Shown: positions 36,076 to 46,116 of the stretch, piece by piece | How positions within the stretch are numbered: position 1 is the first letter of the stretch | Layout of the letters: the number at the start of each line of letters is the position of its first letter | NCBI GenBank assembly: GCA_046351535.1 | Contig: JAXLYG010000005.1 | Span: forward strand, 20,163-84,162 | From: Polyangiales bacterium | GTDB lineage: Bacteria > Myxococcota_A > Polyangia > Polyangiales > Ga0077539 | Direction of reading: 5' to 3' | Length of the DNA stretch: 64,000 bases | The notes under the pieces: generated by a model | What the model saw: the letters and a program-made list of their open reading frames with translations, nothing else | Told to the model about the DNA's origin: nothing | The model's database searches: none | Program-made: the position numbers and the translations under genes

Positions 36076-38742
36076 ATGTCACCGAACGACCGTTCTCTCG
36101 ATGCGCTCCGCGCGGAGCGTGACCTCGTGCGCGCCGAGGCCCTCGCGGGTCACGGCGGCGTCGCCCTCGCGGCCAGGCTCGCGCGCGCCTTCGACGCGCT
36201 GCTCGTCGACCGCTTCGAAGCGGCGAGGGCCGTCGCCGATCCGGGTCGCGCCGCGCTCATCGCCGTCGGCGGCTACGGCCGCGGAACGCTCGCGTACGGC
36301 AGCGACCTCGACCTCGTGCTGCTCGTCGACGACCCCGAGGCGCCCGCGGTGGCCCCCTTCACCGAGGCCCTCTTGCACCCGCTCTGGGACGCGGGCATCG
36401 CCGTCGGTCACGCCGTGCGCTCGGTGGACGACTTCGTGGCCCTCGCGCGCACCGACATCCGCACGGCCACGACGGTGCTCGACGCGCGCTGCGTGGCGGG
36501 CGACGAGGCCTTCGCGCGCGATGCGGCGACCCGTTGCGCGGGCGCGCTCTTCGACGGAGACCTCGGGCGCTTTCTCGACGGGCTCACCGAGGAGATGTCG
36601 TCGCGGCACCGCCGCTTCGGCGCCACGGTGTACCTCCTCGAGCCCGACGTGAAGCACAGCCGCGGCGGGCTCCGCGACGTCGACATCGCGCGCTGGGCGC
36701 TGCGCGCGCGCTTCGGCGCGGCGGGCTTCGACGAGGCCCTCGCCGCGGGCGCCCTCTCGACCTCGGAGCGAGACGCGCTCGTCGAGGCGCAGGAGTTCCT
36801 CTGGCGCGTGCGCGCGCTGCTGCACGGGCGCTCGCGGCGTCGCAGCGACCGCCTCGCGTTCGACGAGCAGGAGGAGGCCGCGTCGAGGCTCATCGCCGTC
36901 GACCCCGAGACCCGCGAGCGCGACCCCGTGCGCGCGCTCGGAGAGGCCACCGAGCGGCTCATGTCGTCGTGGTATCGCCACGCGCGCGCCGTCGCCACGA
37001 CCGTCGAGCACGTCATCGCGCGCTGCCGTCCGACGGCCCTCAGCGCCAACGAGCGCCACCCCGCCGACCGCGTCGCCGAGGGGATCTCTCTCCGCGACGA
37101 CGCCCTGTGCTTCACGTCGCCCGACGCGCTGCGCGTGACCCCGTCGCTCGCGCTGCGGGTCCTCGAGCTCGCCGTGGCGCGCGACCTCCCGCTCTCGGCC
37201 GCGACGCGCGACGCCATCGCGGCGCGCGCGAACGACCCCGCGTGGTGCGAGGCCCTGCGCGCCGACGAGCACGCGGCGAGCGCGTTCCGACGGCTCCTCA
37301 CGACCTCCGCGCGGCCGGGTCTGCGCGGCGATCGCACGACGCCCGTGTCGGGCACCGAGACGAACGAAGACAGCGTCCTCGCCGAGATGCACGACCTGGG
37401 GCTGCTGCTCGCGATGGTGCCCGAGTTCGCGCACGTCACGGGCCGCGTGCAGCACGACGTCTATCACGTGTACACCGTCGACGTTCACTCCGTGGCCGCC
37501 GTCGACAGGCTCCACGCCATCGCGCGCGGAGACCTCGCCGAGGAGTTTCCGACGCCCGCCCACGTGCTCGCGGACACCGACCGCATCGAGATCCTCTGCA
37601 TCGCGACGCTCCTGCACGACATCGGCAAGAGCCGCGGCGGCTCTCACGCCCGCGTGGGCGCCGACATGGTCCCCCCCATCGCGGCGCGGCTCGGCTTCGG
37701 CCCCGACGACGGGCAGACCATCGCGTGGCTCGTGGCCGAGCACCTCACGCTCTATCACGCCGCCACGCGCAGAGACCTCGGCGACCCGGCCACCCTCGCG
37801 GGCCTCGTCGACGCCGTGCGAGACCCGTGGCGGCTCCGCGCGCTCTACCTCCTCACGGTGGCCGACCTCTCGACCACGTCGCCCACCGCGATGACCTCGT
37901 GGAAGGCGCGCATGCTCGACGAGCTCTTTCGCCGCGTCGACGACGCCCTCTCCGACGGCCCCTCGGGCGCCGACCGCGTCGAGGCCCTGCGCGCGCAGTC
38001 GCTCTCGCTCGCGCCCGACGGAGACCGCGACGCCGTGGCGCGGCTCCTCGCGCGCATGCCCGACCGCTACGTGCTCGCCACGTCGCCCGACGCCATCGCG
38101 CGCCACGCCCGCGCCCTCGACGCGCACGCCGCGGTGCAGCGCCACGTTGATGTGTCTCCGCTCGACGACGACCCGACGGGCGAGCTCTTCGAAGTGCTCT
38201 TCGTGGCGCCCGATCGGCCGGGGCTCCTCTCGCTCTTCGCGGCGCTGCTCTACGTGAACCGCCTCGACGTGCAGAGCGCGCAGATCTACTCGTCGCGCGG
38301 CGGCGCCGTCGACGTGTTCGTGGTGCGCTCATCACGCGCCGATCCCGCGGAGATCGCGCGCATCAGGGCGAAGCTCCCGCGGCAGCTCGACGACCTGCTC
38401 GACGGGCGCGCGGACCCCGACGCGCTCGTCGCCGCCGCGCGCGGAGGCGCGGGCATCGCGAGGCCCGAGCCCGCGGTGCGCGCGGAGGTCCAGCTCGACG
38501 ACGACGCGAGCCACACGGCCACGGTGGTCGAGGTCTTCGGCCGCGACCGACCGGGCTTTCTCTACGGGGTCACGCGCGCGCTGCACCGCGAGGGCGTGAG
38601 CATCTCGCTCGCGAAGGTGAACACCGAGGGACGCCGCGCCGCGGACACGTTCTACGTGACCGAGGCCGACGGCGCGAAGCTCTCGGCCGAGCGCGCGGAG
38701 GGGCTGCGAGAGGCGCTGCTCGCGGTGGTGCGCGGCGGGTGA
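36076..38742 (+). CDS. glnD: Bifunctional [protein-PII] uridylyltransferase/uridylyl-removing enzyme
   Basis: 888 aa. Nucleotidyltransferase motif GGYGRGTLAYGSDLDLVLL, HD domain LLHDIGK, and two C-terminal ACT-like regions. Confidence 0.9.
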   Translation: MSPNDRSLDALRAERDLVRAEALAGHGGVALAARLARAFDALLVDRFEAARAVADPGRAALIAVGGYGRGTLAYGSDLDLVLLVDDPEAPAVAPFTEALLHPLWDAGIAVGHAVRSVDDFVALARTDIRTATTVLDARCVAGDEAFARDAATRCAGALFDGDLGRFLDGLTEEMSSRHRRFGATVYLLEPDVKHSRGGLRDVDIARWALRARFGAAGFDEALAAGALSTSERDALVEAQEFLWRVRALLHGRSRRRSDRLAFDEQEEAASRLIAVDPETRERDPVRALGEATERLMSSWYRHARAVATTVEHVIARCRPTALSANERHPADRVAEGISLRDDALCFTSPDALRVTPSLALRVLELAVARDLPLSAATRDAIAARANDPAWCEALRADEHAASAFRRLLTTSARPGLRGDRTTPVSGTETNEDSVLAEMHDLGLLLAMVPEFAHVTGRVQHDVYHVYTVDVHSVAAVDRLHAIARGDLAEEFPTPAHVLADTDRIEILCIATLLHDIGKSRGGSHARVGADMVPPIAARLGFGPDDGQTIAWLVAEHLTLYHAATRRDLGDPATLAGLVDAVRDPWRLRALYLLTVADLSTTSPTAMTSWKARMLDELFRRVDDALSDGPSGADRVEALRAQSLSLAPDGDRDAVARLLARMPDRYVLATSPDAIARHARALDAHAAVQRHVDVSPLDDDPTGELFEVLFVAPDRPGLLSLFAALLYVNRLDVQSAQIYSSRGGAVDVFVVRSSRADPAEIARIRAKLPRQLDDLLDGRADPDALVAAARGGAGIARPEPAVRAEVQLDDDASHTATVVEVFGRDRPGFLYGVTRALHREGVSISLAKVNTEGRRAADTFYVTEADGAKLSAERAEGLREALLAVVRGG

Positions 38743-38800
38743 CGGATGCGCCCGCACGGTCTGGACACGGCCCTCACCGCGGGGCTACACCCGACCGCGT

Positions 38801-39841
38801 ATGAAGGCCCTCGCGCTCGCGCTCGCGCTCGTCGCGCTCCCCGTCACGTCGCTCGCGCAGCCCGGGAGGTTCCCCATCCCGATGCCGGGCAGGCTCGGCG
38901 GAGGCGCGGCGCCGACGGCCGCGGAGCGAGAGTTCTCCGCGGGAGAAGCGCTCCTGCGGCAGGGCGACACCGCGGGCGCCACGGCGCGCTTCGAAGCCGC
39001 GCGACGCCTCGATCCGCGCGATCCCCGACCGCCCTACTACCTCGGTGAGGTGAGCCGCCGCGCCGAGCGATGGACCGAGGCCGAGGCCCTCTTTCGCGAG
39101 GCCGTGCGGCTGCGCGCGACGATGGCCGAGGCCCACGCGAGCCTCGGCGCGGTGCTGCGCGAAGAGGGACGACTCCCCGACGCGATCGCGTCGCTCGAAG
39201 CGGCCCTGCGGCTCTCGTCGACGCTCGGCGAGGCGCACTACAACCTCGGGCTCTGCCTCGAAGATCAGGGCGACCTCCCGCGCGCCATCAACGAGTACCG
39301 CCGCGCGATGCAGCAGCTCGCGAGCGATCCGATGCCCGCGCTCAACCTCGCGCTCGCCCTCGCGTCGCAGCCCGCGCCGTCGCCCGCGCAGCGCAGCCAA
39401 GCGCTCGACGCGCTCCGTGAGGCCGTGCGACGGGGGAGCGCCTCGCGCGACGTGCTCGCCACCGCGGGGCCCGCGTTCAGGCAGCTCGGCGAGGCGCGCA
39501 CGGCGGCCGAGACGCTCGAGCGCGCGAGGGCGATGGGCGCGCCCACCGCGGCCATTCTCGGTGAGCTCGCGCAGGCGCTCTGGGTCACGGGCGACCGCGC
39601 CACGGCGGAGCGGCGGATGGGCGAGGCCATCGCGCTCGATGCCCGCGACGCGACGCTGAGGTATCTCTACGGGCTCATGCTCGCAGACGCGGGACGGCGC
39701 GATCGAGCCGTGGAAGAGTTCCGTCAGGCGGCGATCCTCGGCGCGAGGACGCCCATCGCAGAGAGAGCGCGGCAGAGGCTGCGGGCGATGCGCGCGCCGG
39801 TCCCCGAGGAGCGCCCCGCGCCTGGCGCCCGAGTTCCCTAA
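38801..39841 (+). CDS. Secreted TPR-repeat protein
   Basis: Signal peptide MKALALALALVALPVTSLAQ. Repeated A-x-x-Y/F-x-x-A TPR-like units (..EAEALFREAVRL.., ..GEAHYNLGLCLE..). Confidence 0.8.
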   Translation: MKALALALALVALPVTSLAQPGRFPIPMPGRLGGGAAPTAAEREFSAGEALLRQGDTAGATARFEAARRLDPRDPRPPYYLGEVSRRAERWTEAEALFREAVRLRATMAEAHASLGAVLREEGRLPDAIASLEAALRLSSTLGEAHYNLGLCLEDQGDLPRAINEYRRAMQQLASDPMPALNLALALASQPAPSPAQRSQALDALREAVRRGSASRDVLATAGPAFRQLGEARTAAETLERARAMGAPTAAILGELAQALWVTGDRATAERRMGEAIALDARDATLRYLYGLMLADAGRRDRAVEEFRQAAILGARTPIAERARQRLRAMRAPVPEERPAPGARVP

Positions 39842-39902
39842 CGAAGACGAAGCGCCCGTGAAGCTTGTCAGGGCTACTGGAACGCGGTAACCAAAGAGGA
39901 AC

Positions 39903-39924
39903 CGCGATCTCCCGGGGGATCGCG
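39903..39924. promoter_or_regulatory. 22-bp near-perfect palindrome upstream of the PEGA kinase gene
   Basis: CGCGATCTCCCGGGGGATCGCG is self-complementary at 20 of 22 positions. It ends 18 nt before the ATG at 39942. It has no loop, so it looks more like a protein-binding site than an RNA hairpin. Confidence 0.3.
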
Positions 39925-39941
39925 CAGCGACGAAACTTGCG

Positions 39942-41966
39942 ATGCGAGAGTGCCCGAAGTGCCACAAGCGGTTCCTTGAGAGCAACGCGCGCGTCTGCGA
40001 CACAGACGGCGCGGTGCTCGACCTCGTGGTCGTGGCCTCCGATCGCGACCGCCTGGTGGGCACCACCATTCTCAACCGCTACGCCGTCGACAAGGTGCTC
40101 GGCGACGGCGGCATGGGCGTGGTCTACCGCGCCATCGACACCGAGACCCGACGCCCGTACGCGGTGAAGGTCCTCCGCGCGGAGTACAGCGAAGAAGAAG
40201 ACCTGGTCATCCGCTTCGAGCAGGAGGCGCGCGCCGCCGCCTCGGTGCGCAACCCCCACATCGTCGAGATCTTCGACTGGGGCTCGCTCCCCGACGGCTC
40301 GCGCTTCTTCGTGATGGAGTACCTCGAAGGCCGCTCCCTCGGGGACCTCCTCGCGCGCATGCCCAAGGCCCCCGGCGCCGACCGCCGTCAGCCCCTGCCC
40401 GAGGACTTCGCCCTGCACATCTCGATGCAGATCGCCGAGGGCCTCAAGGCCGCCCACGAGATCGGCATCGTTCACAGGGACATCAAGCCCGACAACTTTC
40501 ACATCGTCCGCAAGCCCGAAGACCCCTACTTCGTGAAGATCCTCGATTTCGGCATCGCCAAGGTGCAGAACTCGAAGGCCGCGAGGACGCGCACGGGGTC
40601 GGTCTTCGGCACGCCGCACTACATGTCCCCCGAGCAGGCCTCGGGCGACAAGAACATCGACGCCACGACCGACATCTACGGCCTCGGCGTGATGATGTAC
40701 GAGATGGTCGTCGGCAAGATCCCCTTCGACGCCGACAACCTCATGGGCATCCTGACGGCGCACCTCTATCACACGCCCACGCCGCCGAGCATCTACCCCG
40801 AGTGCGAGAAGCTCTCTCGCTCGTTCGAAGCGATCATTCTCAAGTGCCTCGCGAAGGACCGCGAGGCCCGCTACCTCTCGATGGGCGAGCTCCACGACGA
40901 CCTCGCGCGGTGCCGCCGCGGAGAGACCTCGCTCGCGCTCGAAGACCAGGAGGTGAGCACGCGCCGCTTCGACCGCTCGGACTTCGTCTCCGAGGCCGCG
41001 ACGGTGATCCGTCAGCTCCCGGCCGAGCTCCTCCAGCCCGCGAGCCCCGAGGAGCTCAACGCCGCCCTCGGCTTTCAAACAGGCTCTCCGCAGGCTCACC
41101 CGCCCACGTCGGGTCCGCCGTCGGGCCCCTCGCAGGCAGCGCCCGCCGCGCACTCGATGTCGCTCCCATCGCCGCCGCCGTCGTCGCAGCCGTCGCCGAT
41201 GATGAACTCCCTCGCGCCGCCCGCGATGGCGTCTCCGCTGCAGCAGCAACAGCCCCCTTCGCCCTTCGATCAGGTGGGCAAGATCCGCTTCGCGGACCCC
41301 AACGCGGCGCCGCCCGAGCTCGTGACCCACGCGTCGCTGCCACCGGGCACCGAGGTGCCGCGGCCGCGGTCGAAGACGGGGCTCATCGTGGGCGCCATCA
41401 TCGGCTTCGGGGTCTTCATCGCCATCGGGATCATCGCCTTCGCGAGCGCGCTCCAGTCGCCGCCCGCGCAGCCTCCGCACGAGGACCTCGCGCTCACGCA
41501 GCAGCAGCTCCAGCCCGGCCGCGTCGCGGCCACGAACCAGCAGCCCGCCGCGCCCGCCACACCGCAGCCCGCCGTCGACGCGCAGGCGCCCGCGGTGCCG
41601 CACGGCGTCCCGCAGGCGCAGGCCGAGCCCGTGCTCATCGTGTCGAACGTCGCGGGCGCGAGGGTGTTCCGCGGCGGCGTGCAGGTCGGGACGGCGCCCC
41701 ACACGGTCGCGCGCCCCGCGGTCGGAGAAGAGACCTACACGGTCAGCGCCGAGGGCTTTCAAGACCAGGTGGTGATCGTCACCCCCGCGACGCAGTCGCC
41801 CGTCTCGGTCACGCTCCCCGCCGCCGCCGCGCCCGAGCCGAGGGACCGCCACGGCCGCGTGCGCCCGCACCGCGAGCGCCCGCCGCTGACGAACGCGCAC
41901 CCGCCCCGCACCGGTCAGCCCCCGACGCGTCGCACGGGCGACCTCCAGGACCCCTGGAACCAGTGA
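39942..41966 (+). CDS. Hanks-type Ser/Thr protein kinase with TM segment and extracytoplasmic PEGA domain
   Basis: 674 aa. A Cys-containing N-terminus MRECPKCHKRF..VCDTDG is followed by kinase motifs GDGGMGVVY, AVKVLR, HRDIKPDNF, DFGIAKV, GTPHYMSPEQ. Then come a Pro/Ser-rich linker, a TM segment GLIVGAIIGFGVFIAIGIIAFA, and a PEGA-like region VLIVSNVAGARVFRGGVQVGTAPH. Confidence 0.9.
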   Translation: MRECPKCHKRFLESNARVCDTDGAVLDLVVVASDRDRLVGTTILNRYAVDKVLGDGGMGVVYRAIDTETRRPYAVKVLRAEYSEEEDLVIRFEQEARAAASVRNPHIVEIFDWGSLPDGSRFFVMEYLEGRSLGDLLARMPKAPGADRRQPLPEDFALHISMQIAEGLKAAHEIGIVHRDIKPDNFHIVRKPEDPYFVKILDFGIAKVQNSKAARTRTGSVFGTPHYMSPEQASGDKNIDATTDIYGLGVMMYEMVVGKIPFDADNLMGILTAHLYHTPTPPSIYPECEKLSRSFEAIILKCLAKDREARYLSMGELHDDLARCRRGETSLALEDQEVSTRRFDRSDFVSEAATVIRQLPAELLQPASPEELNAALGFQTGSPQAHPPTSGPPSGPSQAAPAAHSMSLPSPPPSSQPSPMMNSLAPPAMASPLQQQQPPSPFDQVGKIRFADPNAAPPELVTHASLPPGTEVPRPRSKTGLIVGAIIGFGVFIAIGIIAFASALQSPPAQPPHEDLALTQQQLQPGRVAATNQQPAAPATPQPAVDAQAPAVPHGVPQAQAEPVLIVSNVAGARVFRGGVQVGTAPHTVARPAVGEETYTVSAEGFQDQVVIVTPATQSPVSVTLPAAAAPEPRDRHGRVRPHRERPPLTNAHPPRTGQPPTRRTGDLQDPWNQ

Positions 41967-42032
41967 TCGGTCGTCTCGCCGTGGGTGTCCTTGCGTTGGC
42001 GGTCATGTAGCGACTAGCCTCCGCGCGCTTTC

Positions 42033-43499
42033 ATGCGCAGACCGCTCACACGCCTCGCAATCACCGCCGCGCTCGCTGCCTCTCTCGGGGCCTGCTCCGA
42101 GAACAACGGCACCGATCCCCCGACGGATCGCTTCTTCTTCCCCACCGCGCTCGCGCTTCATCGCCCGACCGCGGGCGCGAGGGCCGACTACCTCTACGTC
42201 ACCAACTCCGACTTCGACCTCGCCTACAACGGCAGCACCGTCGTGCAGGTCGCGCTCTCGCCGGTCGACCAGCTCCGCACGCAGCTCGCCGCCGTCAACG
42301 ACGCGTGCCGCATGACGCCGAGCGCGTGCAGCGACACGGCGACCGCGAGCCTCCAGGTGCGCAGCGGCATGCCCGCCGTCACCGTGCGCTGCACCCGCGA
42401 CTTCGAAGCGCGCGACGCGTGGCTCTGCCCCGACGCGCCGCTCATCCTCAGCGACCGCACGCGCAAGCTCAACCCCTACGCCGTCGAGGCCTCGCTCGCG
42501 ACCTACCGCAACGGCGCGCAGCGGCTCTACGTGATCGTCCGCGGGGGCAACTCGCTCGCGTGGTTCGACGTGCAGCCCGACGGCACCCTCGACTGCGGAC
42601 CCGCCGACGAGCGGGGCTACTGCTCGGCCACGCACTACGCGGGCAACGACCCCGCGCAGAGCCCCGGCGGCCTCGTGCTCCCGCAGGAGTCGTCGCAGCT
42701 CTCGGTCGACCCCGACCGCGGCTGGATCGTGATGACCCACCAGAGCTTCACGCTCGACGTCGCCCACGCGTCGCTCCTGCGAGACCCCATCGCGGAGTCC
42801 GCCACCACGCAGTCACCAGGGCCCGCGCTCGTGAGCACCCTCGGCGGAATCTCCGCGGGGCTGAGCTCCCTGGTGCTCCTCCCGCGCGCCGCGATGGGCG
42901 ACCGCAGCACGTGGCTCGCCACGAGCCGCGCCGAGTCGGTCTTCACACTGCTGCAGGCCTACGAGGGCACCGCGTCGCTCGGCGACAACAGGGCCTTCCT
43001 CTACCGCGCCGCCGCCGCGCCCGTGACGGGGCTCAACACCGGCACCAACAACCGCGCGATCGCGCTCGACCCCGCGCCGGGCGCCGCCTCGCGCAGGGCC
43101 TACGTCGTCAGCCGCAGCCCCGAGGCCCTCCTCACCGTCGACATCTCGAACCCCTCGGCGCCGTCGGTCATCGACGCCACGGCCATCCCGCAGGGACCCT
43201 CGCGCCTCGTCGCCGTGTGGCACCTGTCGATCGGCCACACGTACGTGTACGCCGTCTCGTACGACACCCGCTGGATCTACGTCGTCGACCCGTCGGAGCA
43301 CCGCGTGGTCGCGCAGATCGCCACGCTCCGCGGGCCGCACAACCTCGCCTACGACGAGGTCGACGGGATGCTCTACGTCATCGACTTCCTCGACTCGGCC
43401 ATCGAGGTGATCGACCTGCGCCCCGAGCTCAACGGCGCGGCCAACCCCTCGTTCAACCGACGCGTGCTCACCTTCGGGCGCCCGGGACGCGGAGCCTGA
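42033..43499 (+). CDS. Lipoprotein, probable beta-propeller (YVTN/YncE-like repeats)
   Basis: Signal/lipobox MRRPLTRLAITAALAASLGAC. Recurrent (L)YV-x-(N/S/D) strand motifs: DYLYVTNSDFD, RLYVIVRGGNS, AYVVSRSPEA, TYVYAVSYDT, MLYVIDFLDS. Confidence 0.75.
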   Translation: MRRPLTRLAITAALAASLGACSENNGTDPPTDRFFFPTALALHRPTAGARADYLYVTNSDFDLAYNGSTVVQVALSPVDQLRTQLAAVNDACRMTPSACSDTATASLQVRSGMPAVTVRCTRDFEARDAWLCPDAPLILSDRTRKLNPYAVEASLATYRNGAQRLYVIVRGGNSLAWFDVQPDGTLDCGPADERGYCSATHYAGNDPAQSPGGLVLPQESSQLSVDPDRGWIVMTHQSFTLDVAHASLLRDPIAESATTQSPGPALVSTLGGISAGLSSLVLLPRAAMGDRSTWLATSRAESVFTLLQAYEGTASLGDNRAFLYRAAAAPVTGLNTGTNNRAIALDPAPGAASRRAYVVSRSPEALLTVDISNPSAPSVIDATAIPQGPSRLVAVWHLSIGHTYVYAVSYDTRWIYVVDPSEHRVVAQIATLRGPHNLAYDEVDGMLYVIDFLDSAIEVIDLRPELNGAANPSFNRRVLTFGRPGRGA

Positions 43500-43502
43500 T
43501 CG

Positions 43503-46085
43503 ATGAAGCGTCCGCTCCTCGGCCTCACGGCCCTGGCCCTCTCGTGCTCGACGGCCACGGTGGTCAACACCACCTACAACTTCGACCGCGCCACCGACGT
43601 CGACTTCCTCTGCCTCCGCTCGGAGAACGGGACCGTCACCGCGCTTCCGCTCGAGACCTGCGGCCTCAACACCAGCGACAACACCTCGGCCTCGGGCAGC
43701 GCCCACCTCTACGCCGTGGTGACCCAGAGCGAGCGCGGTGAGCTCGCCGTCGTCGACCTCGCCGCCGCGTCGGGCACGTCGCTCATCGACAACAGCCCCG
43801 AGCTCCCGGGCTACTCGTTCATCCCCATCGGCGCGCTCCCCTCGGCCGTCGTCAGCGACCCGCGCACCGGCGGCGCGCCGAGCTCCGTGTGGGTCGCCAG
43901 CGCGGGCGCGCACGCCATCGAGCGCGTCGACGCCGCGACGGTGCTCTTCAACCCGCGGCGGGTGAACCCCGGCCACGAGGTCGTGCGCGCCACGACCCCC
44001 ATCGCGATGAACGGCGCCCCGCGCGACCTCGCGATCGACACCGTGGGCACCCGGACGCTCCTCTACGCCACGGTGCCCGACCGCTCCGCCGTGGCCGTCT
44101 TCGACGTCACCGACCCGCTCCACCCCGCGGACCTGGGCTTCACGCCCATCACCGCGCCGAGCGGCGCCGACGCGGGCCTCGACGGCGGGACCTCCTCGCC
44201 CGCGCACCCGCTCGCCCTCTCCGTCGACAAGGACACGCACCGGGTCTACGTCTCCGACGACCAGTCGAACTATGTCCACGTGCTCGCGGAGACGCCCCTC
44301 CGCGAGATCGCCCGCGTCGACGTGGGCGCCCCCACGCGCGCGCTCGCCATCTCGGGCTGGGCCCGTCGGCTCACGTGCGCCGCGGAGGCCACCGACCCCG
44401 ACCACTACGCCAGCGCGCGCTACCTCTACGCCGCCCACGCCACCACGGGCGCGCTCCTCGTGTACGACCTCGCGCGCAACGCGAGGGTGAGGCCCAACCT
44501 CCTCCCCGCGCCCAATCCGCAGCGCAGGACGCTCGACCCCTCGCTCACCGTCGATCAGGTCGCCATCTCGACGCCCGTCGTCGCGCTCGTGCCCATCAAC
44601 ACGACGGACTACAAGGGCCAGAACGTGCCCCCGTCGGCCGCGTGCCTCTCGCTCAACGGCTGCGCGGGCGCGGCGGCCGTCGGACCGGGGTACCTCCACG
44701 GGGTCTTCATGGGCGCCGTGCTGCGCGACGGGCGCATCACCGTGATCGACATCGACGACTACGACGCCCCCGCGCGCGCGCAGTCGCTCAACGTCGTCGA
44801 CGGCACCAACGGCTACCGCTTCGTGCGCCACGCGCCGCGCGCCTCCATCGCGCTCACCGCCGCGGGCCTCGTCGTGTCGTCGCCCATCTTCTCGACCATC
44901 GTGCGAGGGACGCAGCGCATCCAGGTCGCCGAGGCTCCCACGACGCCGGCCCTCGGGTGCGTGCGGCCTCGCTCGGCCAACGACAGCACGTCGTGCCTCG
45001 TGGGCGGCGACGCGGGCGTCACGAACTACGGCGTCGAGCTCGCCCCGAGGCCGCCGGTGCCGACGAGCTTCGTGCCCGACGGCGGCGTGAGCGACGGCGG
45101 CGCCGACGGATCGACGGAGCCCTCGTGCGGACCGTCGGACGCGAGCGTCGACGTCGCGGAGCTCGACGCGTCGAGCGGCGTGGCCGCGCTGCCCGCGGAC
45201 CCCTACGCCCTGCGAAACGAGGTCTGGACGCTCACCTACGAGGGCGTCATCCCGGGCCTCGACCTCTACGGCGTGGGCTTCTCCGAGGGGACGGGCGGGC
45301 GCCTCGTGCTCGACTCGCCCGCGGCGAACTTCTGCACCCGCGGCGCGCTCGCCGAGGGACCGCTCCCGAGCGCCACCGACCCCTTCGACGTGATGCACGA
45401 CGAGGTCACGCTCGTGGGCGACCCGACGCCGCTCGCGGCGTACTCCGTCGCGTGCAACCAGCGCTTCGGCACGACCACGCCCGTCAACCGCGACTTCACC
45501 ATCGTCGAGGCCTGGCAGGATCACCTCGTGCTCGACGTCCCGAGCGGCGTGACCGTCGAGGAGGTGCGGCGCTGCTTCCCCCTCGCGGCGCACGCGCAGG
45601 TTCGCACGCGGAACCAGTGGCTCGTCACGGGCACGCGCAACGGCTACCTCGGCGCGGTGCGCGCGGACTCCACGGGCCGCTGCGTCATCGACGAGGCGAA
45701 GCAGTCGGCCGTCGAGGCGCTCTCGACCGCGTGCCTCACGTCGCGCGTCCCGGTGGCGAGCCGCACGGGCCGCCGCTGCCTCGCGGGCCGCGCGTGCACG
45801 GGGGCGCTCCAGGGCGCGGTCTCGCTCGAGGCGACGCCCGTGTTCGCGAATCCCTACTTCTGCTTCCAGGTGTTCCCCTCGCCGGTGGGCGAGACCTCGC
45901 GCGACTCGCAGTTCACGTTCTCGATCGCGGGCGCGTGGGAGCCGCTGCGCCTCGAGGCGGGCTCGTTCCCCGTGTCCGCGCGCTTCCTCCCGAAGGAGAA
46001 CCGGCTCTTCGTGGTCGACACGCAGTCGTCGGGCCTCATCGAGTACCGCATCGACCCCCTCGCGCGCTCTCGCGTCTTCAACTGA
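43503..46085 (+). CDS. Large lipoprotein, probable beta-propeller-containing, function unknown
   Basis: Signal/lipobox MKRPLLGLTALALSCS. 860 aa. Repeats include HLYAVVTQSERGELAVVD, LLYATVPDRSAVAVFD, RVYVSDDQSNYVHVL, YLYAAHATTGALLVYD. Confidence 0.75.
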   Translation: MKRPLLGLTALALSCSTATVVNTTYNFDRATDVDFLCLRSENGTVTALPLETCGLNTSDNTSASGSAHLYAVVTQSERGELAVVDLAAASGTSLIDNSPELPGYSFIPIGALPSAVVSDPRTGGAPSSVWVASAGAHAIERVDAATVLFNPRRVNPGHEVVRATTPIAMNGAPRDLAIDTVGTRTLLYATVPDRSAVAVFDVTDPLHPADLGFTPITAPSGADAGLDGGTSSPAHPLALSVDKDTHRVYVSDDQSNYVHVLAETPLREIARVDVGAPTRALAISGWARRLTCAAEATDPDHYASARYLYAAHATTGALLVYDLARNARVRPNLLPAPNPQRRTLDPSLTVDQVAISTPVVALVPINTTDYKGQNVPPSAACLSLNGCAGAAAVGPGYLHGVFMGAVLRDGRITVIDIDDYDAPARAQSLNVVDGTNGYRFVRHAPRASIALTAAGLVVSSPIFSTIVRGTQRIQVAEAPTTPALGCVRPRSANDSTSCLVGGDAGVTNYGVELAPRPPVPTSFVPDGGVSDGGADGSTEPSCGPSDASVDVAELDASSGVAALPADPYALRNEVWTLTYEGVIPGLDLYGVGFSEGTGGRLVLDSPAANFCTRGALAEGPLPSATDPFDVMHDEVTLVGDPTPLAAYSVACNQRFGTTTPVNRDFTIVEAWQDHLVLDVPSGVTVEEVRRCFPLAAHAQVRTRNQWLVTGTRNGYLGAVRADSTGRCVIDEAKQSAVEALSTACLTSRVPVASRTGRRCLAGRACTGALQGAVSLEATPVFANPYFCFQVFPSPVGETSRDSQFTFSIAGAWEPLRLEAGSFPVSARFLPKENRLFVVDTQSSGLIEYRIDPLARSRVFN

Positions 46086-46116
46086 CCGATCGCCCACAAC
46101 CTCCTCGCGTCGCACG

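Noticed and set aside
43497-43505. The two lipoprotein genes are in the same reading frame and separated only by TGA-TCG, suggesting selenocysteine insertion or programmed read-through.
   Set aside because: The second gene begins with its own complete signal peptide and lipobox (MKRPLLGLTALALSCS). I saw no SECIS-like hairpin after the TGA. Two separate proteins is the simpler reading.
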